DNA from: Campylobacterota bacterium
GTDB taxonomy: Bacteria; Babelota; Babeliae; Babelales; RVW-14
Assembly: GCA_020633995.1 (NCBI GenBank)
Contig: JACKCO010000003.1
Span: 4,441-68,440, forward strand
Length of the DNA stretch: 64,000 bases
Direction of reading: 5' to 3'
The notes under the pieces were generated by a model, which saw nothing but the letters and a program-made list of their open reading frames with translations, was not told the DNA's origin and ran no database searches. Numbering within the stretch: position 1 is the stretch's first letter; each line of letters opens with the position of its first letter. Both the position numbers and the translations under genes were made by a program. Shown one piece after another: positions 56,101 to 64,000 of this stretch.

Positions 56101-56748
56101 CGCCGCCTATTAAATGGAATATTGGCAAGCAACATTAGACTCGTCAGACAGGCAATTGCTGATGAAGCTGACATTAACACTCAAACGCATACTGGCCTTT
56201 CAGCATTGCAAGAATCACTTCGCGTTGCAGGCAACCTACATCGCCTTGGCAGATCTGACACTCAAGCAAAAGATATCGTTGCAGAAATTTTAAATAATGA
56301 CCCAACACTGCCCGATGACATCGTAATAAACGGCGTCAAACTTGGAGCAAGTACTGATGTACTACACCTTCTCCTTGCAAGTGGTGCTGACATCGATGCA
56401 CAGCCAAGTGCCTTTCCCAATACCGCGCTCATACACTTGATCAGTGACGGCTTACGCGTATACTCACGTGAACAAAAAGATGACATTCTTGATTGGTTTT
56501 TTGAAAACGATGCAAATCCAGATCTGATCAACAACCAAGGAGTCACTGCACTACACGCAGCACTCTTCAATCGAAATGTGCAAGATTTTGCCCGCCTTCG
56601 TCAAGCAGATGCAGACGTTACTGTCAAAGGCGACGGGGAACAGGCAAAATCAGTTAAAGACTACTATGATATGATTAAGAACTCTTCTAACAAGGCCTGG
56701 AGGGACTTTGCTCAAGCAATTGCAGAATACATGCCACCACAAAACTAA
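53110..56748 (+). CDS. Secreted mosaic protein (1212 aa): MIR-like beta-trefoil, one AWYG a/b domain pair, three or more ankyrin cassettes
   Basis: AGAGGA RBS and signal peptide. GDVIRLENVKYKKNLHSH (MIR-like). IAGAWYG and MWAWYG domains. ANK cassettes end in AIAKYITPP and AIAEYMPPQN. Lies only 43 nt after the giant gene. Confidence 0.9.
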   Translation: MNHHAITYKNNLLTIIILYLFSTFICTLQANQQLGLQRFGPAASQLLTTRPMPMLLTYGSTIKIKNSALVDTTLRSFGKAYYHNYNSPGINNPDNNLRTSYQMSVGGSLSSDQTEQGADEWKIKAAHGQTKNDGEIVQHGDVIRLENVKYKKNLHSHWLPAAGLKYNQEGGFSFNNDFYHDEFSNYLTSAFINASHKPQEVTLFGNNGEGDGNDNWTIEYEGQKIKLKHGGDRYLYIPGVTFGYDGQDSDNTRKLELVVATVRKQDLKNFLSSDVSFAGLAEFDVEVVRSAIFAPAIQPQPLAIQPGLPLGQMEPSPAMLEKLLKAATAQERLTPQTFTQLPSLGFNIAGAWYGLEGEQNNVDIGSMLQQLLVLNHQLSIPSDLTKGLQSVALEPLSDPAPGKQKILAYNLQVGDKSLHFRNPEGISSHLKTISINTTPEDLKPNVSASNIAQKGLPAGFPPMFAPAPMQIMWAWYGTEQNNTGAVKEVVANLARYGFLYMPDIKEMFNDTDTTPKELAIHLRMKNQSNSSETFDVHLRANNNQPFLFYPLGDMSVTLQTELRQRFVKTLRDPNSTMQDIANLINQGADVNSINPTTKESVLMEAIGATPGKIFILLSQGADQNYQQPNEPKKTFLHLLVERGYQLYPDSKQHVAVYKMLRDNGQSPTNPDILDASGKTPLHVAFENNRDKQCNILFEYFRPSIDVKAPEGQSVRELYDGARQNTDNNVPERNTLLEAIAKYITPPLSPQVQLNTNLFNAIYRHDLAGVKKALDDGAMVDARYSSGTALMYAIEGTRAFQIPPKRTTHIMFDIILELINRGADVNLTQAPHDDSILMLCIKKGMPTNIISSIINHGANIDYIHNIGINNTALHTLLSLEEVETSYGRGNNRSVSYIDIYEDGDEYVGRVNDILNTLLANNAQPNIYNRYNQTPLKLAFDVENATACNALVDAGARIDDPVGFDGRSMRDLFQALPNSEFKLDIAKTFGRPAETQSPERRLLNGILASNIRLVRQAIADEADINTQTHTGLSALQESLRVAGNLHRLGRSDTQAKDIVAEILNNDPTLPDDIVINGVKLGASTDVLHLLLASGADIDAQPSAFPNTALIHLISDGLRVYSREQKDDILDWFFENDANPDLINNQGVTALHAALFNRNVQDFARLRQADADVTVKGDGEQAKSVKDYYDMIKNSSNKAWRDFAQAIAEYMPPQN

Positions 56749-56775
56749 ATCGCCACCTTAAACGCCAGAGTACAT

Positions 56776-56809
56776 AAAGGGCGGGATGGATTGATCCATC
56801 CCGCCCTTT
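56776..56809 (+). terminator. Terminator-like hairpin
   Basis: AAAGGGCGGGATGGA-ttga-TCCATCCCGCCCTTT, a 15-bp perfect stem. Confidence 0.75.
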
Positions 56810-56897
56810 ATAATTTGTCATAACCAGCATACTGCATCGCAGTGTCTCAATTCCCCAATTTTTAAAAAACCCTTTATTTTTCCATATTATTTCCATA

Positions 56898-56936
56898 TTG
56901 AAATATTGACTTACATTTGTCAATGCATGTTATTAT
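56898..56936 (+). promoter_or_regulatory. Conserved promoter-like motif, copy 2
   Basis: TTGAAATATTGACTT, then 19 nt after TTGACT, TGtTATTAT. Confidence 0.5.
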
Positions 56937-57008
56937 ATATGTATAGTTATTAAAATTCATATTTTGATATAAAATTTATGCGTAAATCTTATGAAAAAGG
57001 AGAAGCAA

Positions 57009-60000
57009 ATGCAGTTTATTACAGCATATACTAAGCCTATCAGACGTATTTTCAGTTTATTTCTTATACTTACCGTGGCTCTGGCACCATCAGTAAAAGC
57101 ATTAACTATCACCGGTGCATGGTATGGCCTTGAAAATGGCCGCAACGTTGATGTTGCACCGGCTATGCGAGAAAAATTAAGCCAAGATGGTTACCTCAAA
57201 TTAAGCAGTGACATGCTTGGGCAACTTAGAAATCGACAAGCCTATTTAGCTGAGATAGGACAGGTTAGATCCCCCGATTTCCGAGATCCAGCAGTAGATC
57301 AGCATAAAATAACTGCATACCAACTACGCACACCTCGTAATATTGTATTTAACTTTAGACACCCTGATGGGGTCACATCGCACTTAGTTCGACTCCAGGC
57401 AATGCCTTCACCAGACCCTCTTACCCCCGAATTAACTCAGGACGAGCTGCGAGCAAAAAATTTGCCCGCAGACTTCCCAACTATGTATGCCCCAGAACAA
57501 ATAGAGGTGGTAAACACCTTTTACTATGGACCAAGTGGACATGGCCCGGCTCTTACCGAACGTGTTAGACAAAATGTAAAACAATATGGCTTTTTATACA
57601 TGCCTAATCCAAAACAAATAACGCAAGACACAGGAACTGACGGACAACTGTTTGGCATACACTTGCGTATGCCCCATGCAAACAATCGCTCAGAAATCAT
57701 TGATGTTTACGTACACCTTGTGGACAATGAACCTTTCATGTTCTACCCACTTGGTGATTTATCATTTTCTCTGCAACCTGCACAAACGCAAGCTCCCGTA
57801 GCCTCTGCAGAAGAAGACTCACAAACCGCCGTTGTAAGCGAGCACCCCGTGGGAGAAGAACTACGACAAGAAGAAGTTGGATCAACGCTGCCGGGTATCG
57901 GCTCTGCGCCACTCCCAGATGACGTCTCTGGTAATTTGAGATTTTTAGCTGGGTGGTTTGGCGTCGAACAGGGACAAGCCAAACCTATACCTGGGCAAAA
58001 ACTGATCAATCGAGAAACCTCAATACTTGGTATTACTAACCCAAATCTCAGTCAGTATTTTGGCTTTGGGCCAACATCGAATCCCAATGAAATACTCGCC
58101 TATGCCCTACAAGCAAATGATATAATTTTAAATTTTAGGCTACCAAACGGCTTTACTACTAACCTTGTCCGTTTAGAAGGTCAAACTACCTCTCGGCCAT
58201 TTACTCCGACAGCTGATCCTACAACCAAAACATTGCCCTCTGGCTTTCCTGCAATGTACGCGCCAGCTCCAATACAAATTCTAGGAGCCTATCATGCAGG
58301 TAACAATGTCACAGACCAAATAATCAACAATGTACAACAACACGGCTTTATTTTTATGCCCCAATCTATAAAAGCGACACTTTCAGATCCTGAAGATCGA
58401 AAAATTCTTGTCGTTGATCTACGCATGGCAAGTCACACAGATCCAACACAAAATCTTGATGTTAGAATATATGCGCATGACGATAAACCCTTCATATTCT
58501 ACCCATTCTCAGACCACACAACGTTACCTGCAAGCGGTACACCAAAAACATTTTTCTCGGGCAACTTTAGCATAGAAGCAGCATACCATCGCGATGATTA
58601 CAACTACCATCAAGGCATCGAATATGATTTTAGTGACCACCCTTGGTTTAACCAACCCGCGCGATATGGAGAAATGGCAGGCCACAGCGACGTAGCTCCA
58701 CCACCAAACCCTGGTCACTCTATCCTGTACAGCATCCGAGATATACTTTCCCATCGAGGCTTTTTAGAATTTCCCGTCAATCTTCAAGGCTCACCAGTCT
58801 CACGCTTTAGTAACACGCTAATATCCTGTCACCTGCGCACGACAAATGGGATAGACCTTCACCTGAAATTACCTGCGGATATTACTTCTCACCTCGTAAG
58901 GCTTGAAGCTCAACAAGCACAAGGTCCATTCGTCGCTGATGTTGATCCTGCAACAATACGATATTTACCGGCAGGACTACAAACCGCTATAACAGCACCC
59001 GCCGCTATGCAAATCATAAACGCATGGCATGGCACACCACAAAATAACACTGACGTAACAGCTCAAATAAGAAGCAACTTACAACAAAACGGCTTTCTTT
59101 TTGCTCCACAAAGTTTTAAGCAAATTGTTGGAGACAGCGATCAAACACAAAAGTTGGTCAAAATTACTTTCCGCATGCAAGCCCAAGATCGCTCACAACA
59201 AACATTTGATTATACTGCCTATTTTTACGATGATAGACCATTTATGTTTTGCCCAATTAGCAGTACCATTGGAGGCTTTATAACCGAACGCCCACAAAAT
59301 CAACAAGTCGTACAACAAGAAGTCGTACAACAAGCAACCCCAGATTTTACGACACCAGGACGTGGAGGCATTTCTTTTGACGTAGAGCGAAGAACAAACA
59401 ATCCAGCAAATATCCAACTCATTTTCTCGACGCAACCACAAGGCCAAGGTGACTCGCTTACTGTAACACTTAACCATGATGGAATAATTCAAACTGACCA
59501 TCAATACCCATCAGCTCAACTTAGCCGCGACACACAACAACACAGAAAAGATGGCTTATTCCCTGCTCAGAACCAAACAGGCAACTATGTAGTCACGGTA
59601 GACGGAGGCGGAACTCGTTATACAATAAAAAATGGTGTTAACATGTTTCGGTACCAGTTACCATGGGATCGATCTAACGTCGGTCAAAGTCAAGGCTTTC
59701 CTGTGCAGTATGTTACACTTAATGTATCAAGCAATACTGATCTTACGTTCAAGCAAAATCCGATAAAAGCAGCGACACCTGAAAACCTACCAGCAGCCAC
59801 TCGTTCTTTTGCTCAGCCAGGAAAAGGTGGTATTTCGTTTCAAACAGCGTGGCCATTTAGTCTCAAGCTTGCAAGCACAGAAAAAGATGCTCGAGAAATT
59901 TATCCGACAAATAGCAAAGAAGCATGCATTCTGCACGTTCGAGAAGATCGTATAAAAACGCGCCTTGATGACTTTAGAGCTGATACCTATGATCCATATC

Positions 60001-60980
60001 AACACGATCTATTCGCCCCAAACAACAGCGAAGTCAGAAACTTTTTTATCAAGTTTGATTATCCCCACGCTATTATTTACAGCCAAAAAGGCGATGGTAG
60101 CTGGACTCTGCATAAAACCTTTGTTGACGCTGTAGACCCTTCCGGTGATGGTCAATTTATGATCCGCTTAAATGGCAACTGGCAACCTTCGCCAGCACAG
60201 CCTTCATTGCAAAACAAACTCCACTACGTTGACGTTGAACCCAACCTTATGCAAACACTCAAAGTATATCAAACCGTTGAGGAGCTTGAACGCGCAATGC
60301 CAAAGATTGCAAAAGTTGATGAAGCACTTTATACGGCCATTATCAATGACGACCTATGGGACGTTAAAGCTTCGCTTGCAGCTGGTGCAGATATTAGTAA
60401 ATCTCCAAGTCGCTTTCAGGCGCCAATTATTGATGCTATAGTTGTAGCCGTTATGAAAAAATATCGCAACCAACCACCTTCTACCAAGATTATCAAAGAA
60501 CTCCTCAACCGAGGCGCTAGCCTAGACGTAACATATCAAGGTAGTCCAATTCTCTCACTCTGTGTACAAGCTGGCCTACCTTTAATCGTTCTTGAAGAAC
60601 TCATTAAAAATGATACTGCAAACTTAAATCAAACAGATTCCTACAACGCCACCTTTTTGCACAAACTCCTAACATTTAAAGATAGGCACTACCCAGAAAA
60701 AGATCGTCACGAAATAGAGGCTATTGGAAGCTTGTACCAAGCGCTTCGTGCAAAACGAATTGACGTCAACGTCTCTGATGATCGAGGTTATACCCCACTT
60801 CACATGGCCTTTGAAAAAGGTGATCGGAATGCATTTGATTTTCTTATGAGCAAAGATGCTCGCACAGACATAAGAAACGCTAGCGGCTACACCGTTCGCG
60901 AACTTTACGGCAAAGAGCAAGTTAATTCAAGACCCGAGCGTCGAGTGTTTATTGAACATATTAGTCGATACCTTAGATAA
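57009..60980 (+). CDS. Secreted mosaic protein (about 1323 aa): three AWYG a/b domain pairs, two GGISF-type beta domains, C-terminal ankyrin cassette
   Basis: The ORF is open from the ATG at 56991, but AAGGAG sits 6 nt before the ATG at 57009. Signal peptide ..FSLFLILTVALAPSVKA. See findings for domains. Confidence 0.9.
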   Translation: MQFITAYTKPIRRIFSLFLILTVALAPSVKALTITGAWYGLENGRNVDVAPAMREKLSQDGYLKLSSDMLGQLRNRQAYLAEIGQVRSPDFRDPAVDQHKITAYQLRTPRNIVFNFRHPDGVTSHLVRLQAMPSPDPLTPELTQDELRAKNLPADFPTMYAPEQIEVVNTFYYGPSGHGPALTERVRQNVKQYGFLYMPNPKQITQDTGTDGQLFGIHLRMPHANNRSEIIDVYVHLVDNEPFMFYPLGDLSFSLQPAQTQAPVASAEEDSQTAVVSEHPVGEELRQEEVGSTLPGIGSAPLPDDVSGNLRFLAGWFGVEQGQAKPIPGQKLINRETSILGITNPNLSQYFGFGPTSNPNEILAYALQANDIILNFRLPNGFTTNLVRLEGQTTSRPFTPTADPTTKTLPSGFPAMYAPAPIQILGAYHAGNNVTDQIINNVQQHGFIFMPQSIKATLSDPEDRKILVVDLRMASHTDPTQNLDVRIYAHDDKPFIFYPFSDHTTLPASGTPKTFFSGNFSIEAAYHRDDYNYHQGIEYDFSDHPWFNQPARYGEMAGHSDVAPPPNPGHSILYSIRDILSHRGFLEFPVNLQGSPVSRFSNTLISCHLRTTNGIDLHLKLPADITSHLVRLEAQQAQGPFVADVDPATIRYLPAGLQTAITAPAAMQIINAWHGTPQNNTDVTAQIRSNLQQNGFLFAPQSFKQIVGDSDQTQKLVKITFRMQAQDRSQQTFDYTAYFYDDRPFMFCPISSTIGGFITERPQNQQVVQQEVVQQATPDFTTPGRGGISFDVERRTNNPANIQLIFSTQPQGQGDSLTVTLNHDGIIQTDHQYPSAQLSRDTQQHRKDGLFPAQNQTGNYVVTVDGGGTRYTIKNGVNMFRYQLPWDRSNVGQSQGFPVQYVTLNVSSNTDLTFKQNPIKAATPENLPAATRSFAQPGKGGISFQTAWPFSLKLASTEKDAREIYPTNSKEACILHVREDRIKTRLDDFRADTYDPYQHDLFAPNNSEVRNFFIKFDYPHAIIYSQKGDGSWTLHKTFVDAVDPSGDGQFMIRLNGNWQPSPAQPSLQNKLHYVDVEPNLMQTLKVYQTVEELERAMPKIAKVDEALYTAIINDDLWDVKASLAAGADISKSPSRFQAPIIDAIVVAVMKKYRNQPPSTKIIKELLNRGASLDVTYQGSPILSLCVQAGLPLIVLEELIKNDTANLNQTDSYNATFLHKLLTFKDRHYPEKDRHEIEAIGSLYQALRAKRIDVNVSDDRGYTPLHMAFEKGDRNAFDFLMSKDARTDIRNASGYTVRELYGKEQVNSRPERRVFIEHISRYLR

Positions 60981-60988
60981 ACAACCAT

Positions 60989-61016
60989 GGGCAGAGGTTT
61001 CTAATCGCCTCTGCCC
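60989..61016 (+). terminator. Terminator-like hairpin
   Basis: GGGCAGAGG-tttctaatcg-CCTCTGCCC. No strong T tail. Confidence 0.55.
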
Positions 61017-61086
61017 CTTCCGATTCAAACTCTTGCCCACATCAACAAAAAAGCCTAAAAACCACCCTTATGTGTAAAATATCTAT

Positions 61087-61126
61087 TTGAAATTATTGAC
61101 TTAACCATATCTATCTATGCTAAATT
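61087..61126 (+). promoter_or_regulatory. Conserved promoter-like motif, copy 3
   Basis: TTGAAATTATTGACTT, then 19 nt after TTGACT, TGcTAAATT. Confidence 0.5.
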
Positions 61127-61202
61127 GGTACTATACATAGTAAAATAGCTATTAGTATGCCTATAAAAAGGTTTTTAAAATCTCTAAAACAGGGGGAAGG
61201 CA

Positions 61203-63815
61203 ATGAAAACATTGCACAGAAGCATATCATTACGCATATTGGGCATGATCTTGGGCTTGTTGGGGCTCTCGTCATTTGCTCAAGCTGAAAATGTCCAATA
61301 TGGCGATAAATTTGTGATTATACACACTATGCAGAGTGGTCGCGAGGCAGAATGGCCCAACAGAGAGATTGGCCTGCGAACATGGGGCTATGGTTTTGAC
61401 GGCCGCGCAAATGCTGATTTTCAACAAGTATCCGGCTCACAGGGCACAGCAGAAGGTGACCTAATGCAAATAAAAGGTCCGAATGGCAATGAAAACAAGT
61501 CAGGTATTGTAAAAAGCGGCGATATAGTACAACTTTATCGTCCAAATGCTAATCGTTACCTATACTGTGATAGTGCCAGAACAAGTACAAACGAAAGTAC
61601 GGCTAAAGAGGTTAGCTTTGTTACCAACCAAAGCGAAAAAACGAACTGGCGCGTTATTCTTGAAGGCAAAAACACGGGCGACGATTGGGTCAACAATGCT
61701 GGTCAATTTGTAAAGTTTCAACACGTTGAAAGCGGTGCATACCTCTACATCCCAGCTAGAAAAGTTTTTGACGTAAGACGTGGCACTAACCAACCAGGTC
61801 GAGATCGACACTACGTTATTGTAGCAAGAGCAGATAAAGCCGATGACAATGAAAGCAGATGGAAAATTAAAGAGCTACAAAAAAGCCCTACTCCTCCAGG
61901 CCAAGACACTCCACAAATAGTAACAAGACAAAGGCAAACACCACGCACTGATCCTACCGTTTATGCTCACAATCCATCGGAAGATAAAAACAAAATTAAC
62001 TATGACTCAACGAATTGGGTCATTCCTGCCAGTGGAAACTGCCGCATCACTTTTGAAGTTGGCAAGGGACAATTTGATTTCTATGTAGCACTTTCAACAA
62101 GTTCACAACAATCACAAGGTGAAAATACAGATGGATACGTACTTGTTTTTGGTGGCTACGGAAATCAAAAATCAGTTATTGTCAAAGATGGTGATCCCTC
62201 AAATCCAATACACGAGGCAAGAGGATCCCTGGCAAATCCAGCTGACAAAAACAAATTTTGGATCGACTACCATAGTGACGGACGCATCAGGGCAGGTAAA
62301 GGCAACCCCGAAGAACAAGATTTGATCTTTGACTTCACTGACCCACAGCCTAAACAAAATGTCAAATATGTTGGCTTTGGCGGATGGGACCAACAAATCA
62401 ATTTCAGCAGTATCACAGTTTCAGACATCCCATCAGGAGGTCCCGTTCTCCTGCAAACAAGAAGTCGAGCTCCAAGAGAGTCTCATGCAAGAACCGCTCA
62501 AATTCAGCCAGCAACAGCTGCGCTTCCTGAGCAGGGTAAGGGTAGTATGTCAATTGACGTTACCCGTGTTACCGATGGTCCTGCATCACTTGAGATTACT
62601 ATCTCAGAAAACATCGCCAACAACACCCCAAGCGGCCTGATGTACAAAATCCTTGTTGCTCATGATGGAAAAATTACCTTTGAAGAAGCTGCAATGCTCG
62701 TCACAAAAAATGTACAAAACTTTTACCCCGCAGCTGCTGGTGATACAGGCACATACAATGTTACAATCGATGGCAACAAGCTAACCTTAGGCTTTGGGGG
62801 ACAAACAGTTACACACCAATTTGAAGCAAGTTACCCAGTCCAGCACATTATTGCACGTTCAACAGACAGCAATAATCTGACCCTTGGCACCAGCATACAA
62901 ACGGCAGCGCTACCAACAACTCCGGCTGACTTTACAACACCAGGTGAAGGTGGCATCTCATTTGATGCTAAACGCTTACGTGAAATGTCATCAATTGAAC
63001 TAAGATTTTCAACGGAACCCGAAGGTCAAGGTGACTACTATACCGTCTACATTGATGACATGGAAGTCTACTTTGCTCAAGAGACAGGCGAACAATATGG
63101 TGGAGAACAAAGCTACGAACGAGGAGACTTTTTTCCAGCAGCGATTGATGAAAGTGCAAAGTATATTGTCAGCATCGATGGAGAAACAATTTCTGTAAAC
63201 TGTAATGGCAGGTCACTCGAACATACTTTTAGCATCACAATCCCAGTAACTCATGTTGCCCTTAGCACAGATGCTGTTGAAGCCAGCAACGTTGTAAAGG
63301 CTGCAACACTTGCAGCGCTTCCAACACCACCACTTGACCCAGAAGCAGCCGTAACATTCTCACAAACCGAACAAGACATGAAAGATTTACAAGACTCTAT
63401 GCAAACAAACTTGCAAACACTGAGCACACGTCTTGATAGCCTACGCAAAGGATTTATCAACACCGACACAGGCAAACCTGTCCAAGGCTTTGGAGAGTTT
63501 AGCGATGAACTACAAAGCGTGCAAAAACAAATCGGTGAAATAAAACAGTCAGTGCACAAACTGGTTGCAAGCCAAGCTGACAAGGTACATGTTGCTGAAC
63601 TCGCCGATAACATAGAAGAACTTGATAACCAGATTGACAACATGGTCGTCAGAGTCGAAGCACGTATGCAAACAGCTGACCAAGAGCTTGATGCTATGCA
63701 GAAAAAGTTTAGCGACTCTATGCCTGACTTAGAGCCAATTAAGAGAAAGATGAAAGAATTAAAAGATAGACTTGGCAAAATTAATCTATCCAGACCTGCA
63801 ACGCCAACTACATAA
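61203..63815 (+). CDS. Secreted mosaic protein (870 aa): MIR-like beta-trefoil, FAMeT-type jelly roll, two GGISF-type domains, C-terminal coiled coil
   Basis: GGGGGAAGG RBS and signal peptide. YVLVFGGYGNQKSVIVK..KFWIDYHSDGRIRAGKG..VKYVGFGGWDQQINF matches the Methyltransf_FA pattern. Heptad-rich tail at 63360-63790. Confidence 0.9.
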   Translation: MKTLHRSISLRILGMILGLLGLSSFAQAENVQYGDKFVIIHTMQSGREAEWPNREIGLRTWGYGFDGRANADFQQVSGSQGTAEGDLMQIKGPNGNENKSGIVKSGDIVQLYRPNANRYLYCDSARTSTNESTAKEVSFVTNQSEKTNWRVILEGKNTGDDWVNNAGQFVKFQHVESGAYLYIPARKVFDVRRGTNQPGRDRHYVIVARADKADDNESRWKIKELQKSPTPPGQDTPQIVTRQRQTPRTDPTVYAHNPSEDKNKINYDSTNWVIPASGNCRITFEVGKGQFDFYVALSTSSQQSQGENTDGYVLVFGGYGNQKSVIVKDGDPSNPIHEARGSLANPADKNKFWIDYHSDGRIRAGKGNPEEQDLIFDFTDPQPKQNVKYVGFGGWDQQINFSSITVSDIPSGGPVLLQTRSRAPRESHARTAQIQPATAALPEQGKGSMSIDVTRVTDGPASLEITISENIANNTPSGLMYKILVAHDGKITFEEAAMLVTKNVQNFYPAAAGDTGTYNVTIDGNKLTLGFGGQTVTHQFEASYPVQHIIARSTDSNNLTLGTSIQTAALPTTPADFTTPGEGGISFDAKRLREMSSIELRFSTEPEGQGDYYTVYIDDMEVYFAQETGEQYGGEQSYERGDFFPAAIDESAKYIVSIDGETISVNCNGRSLEHTFSITIPVTHVALSTDAVEASNVVKAATLAALPTPPLDPEAAVTFSQTEQDMKDLQDSMQTNLQTLSTRLDSLRKGFINTDTGKPVQGFGEFSDELQSVQKQIGEIKQSVHKLVASQADKVHVAELADNIEELDNQIDNMVVRVEARMQTADQELDAMQKKFSDSMPDLEPIKRKMKELKDRLGKINLSRPATPTT

Positions 63816-63825
63816 AAAATCTTAT

Positions 63826-63866
63826 AAAAAAGAGGCGGTGACTACAAAGTCACCGCCTCTTTTTTG
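63826..63866 (+). terminator. Rho-independent terminator
   Basis: AAAAAGAGGCGGTGAC-tacaaa-GTCACCGCCTCTTTTT. Confidence 0.85.
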
Positions 63867-64000
63867 TTCTCAAAGCCAAACCCATTTCACCACCCTACTC
63901 ATACCGAACCTATACCAACCCACTCGCTAAAGCCTCTGGCGACATTGACTAATGCCTAGGTTACTCTCACTTTTTAACAATATTTCTTTTTGTAAAATAT

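Noticed and set aside
63867-64000. Terminal 130 nt after the last terminator
   Set aside because: There is no ORF, RNA fold or repeat I could support. Only a weak TTGACT hexamer is present.

Overview
Moderately AT-rich bacterial chromosome segment using the standard genetic code (TAA, TAG and TGA all terminate good ORFs). I recognise no rRNA, CRISPR array, transposase, integrase or phage gene. From 1 to 26.9 kb there is a housekeeping backbone: ndk, a membrane-anchored Mn-type SOD, an rluD-like gene, mgtE, tRNA-Lys and tRNA-Glu, archaeal-type valS-ybeY-rlmB, ftsQ-ftsA-ftsZ, an EamA transporter, a MutY-like glycosylase, pgeF and glyA. It is repeatedly interrupted by accessory genes that carry signal peptides: ankyrin proteins, a tandem triad of exported methyltransferase-like proteins, and small membrane or secreted proteins. 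From 27 to 64 kb almost everything is accessory and on the + strand. (i) An operon of small glycine-zipper plus coiled-coil secreted proteins. (ii) A lipobox-bearing thioredoxin reductase-thioredoxin fusion. (iii) The most unusual block: three tandem paralogues of an AAA+ ATPase that resembles eukaryotic mitochondrial ATAD3 far beyond the Walker boxes. Two of them are tightly or translationally coupled to a novel signal-peptide, coiled-coil, tail-anchored partner protein. The two operons have homologous upstream motifs, and a pair of about 80-nt GC-rich structured repeats sits nearby. (iv) A signal-peptide sHSP-like protein, a Lys-rich mini-protein and a secreted protein with an RGG/SR-like arginine-glycine tail. 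(v) A 22-kb same-strand block of very large secreted mosaic proteins (about 3300, 1212, 1323 and 870 aa). These are built from shared cassettes: ankyrin modules, TECPR-like repeats, FAMeT-type jelly rolls, MIR-like beta-trefoils and DNAJC11-C-terminal-like AWYG domains. The giant gene contains near-identical permuted internal DNA repeats, and three genes in the block share a conserved promoter-like motif. The density of ankyrin and eukaryote-like domains with Sec signals suggests an obligate host-associated or intracellular bacterium. A Dependentiae/TM6-like lineage is a low-confidence guess. All family assignments come from by-eye motif recognition and need HMM or structure searches to confirm.
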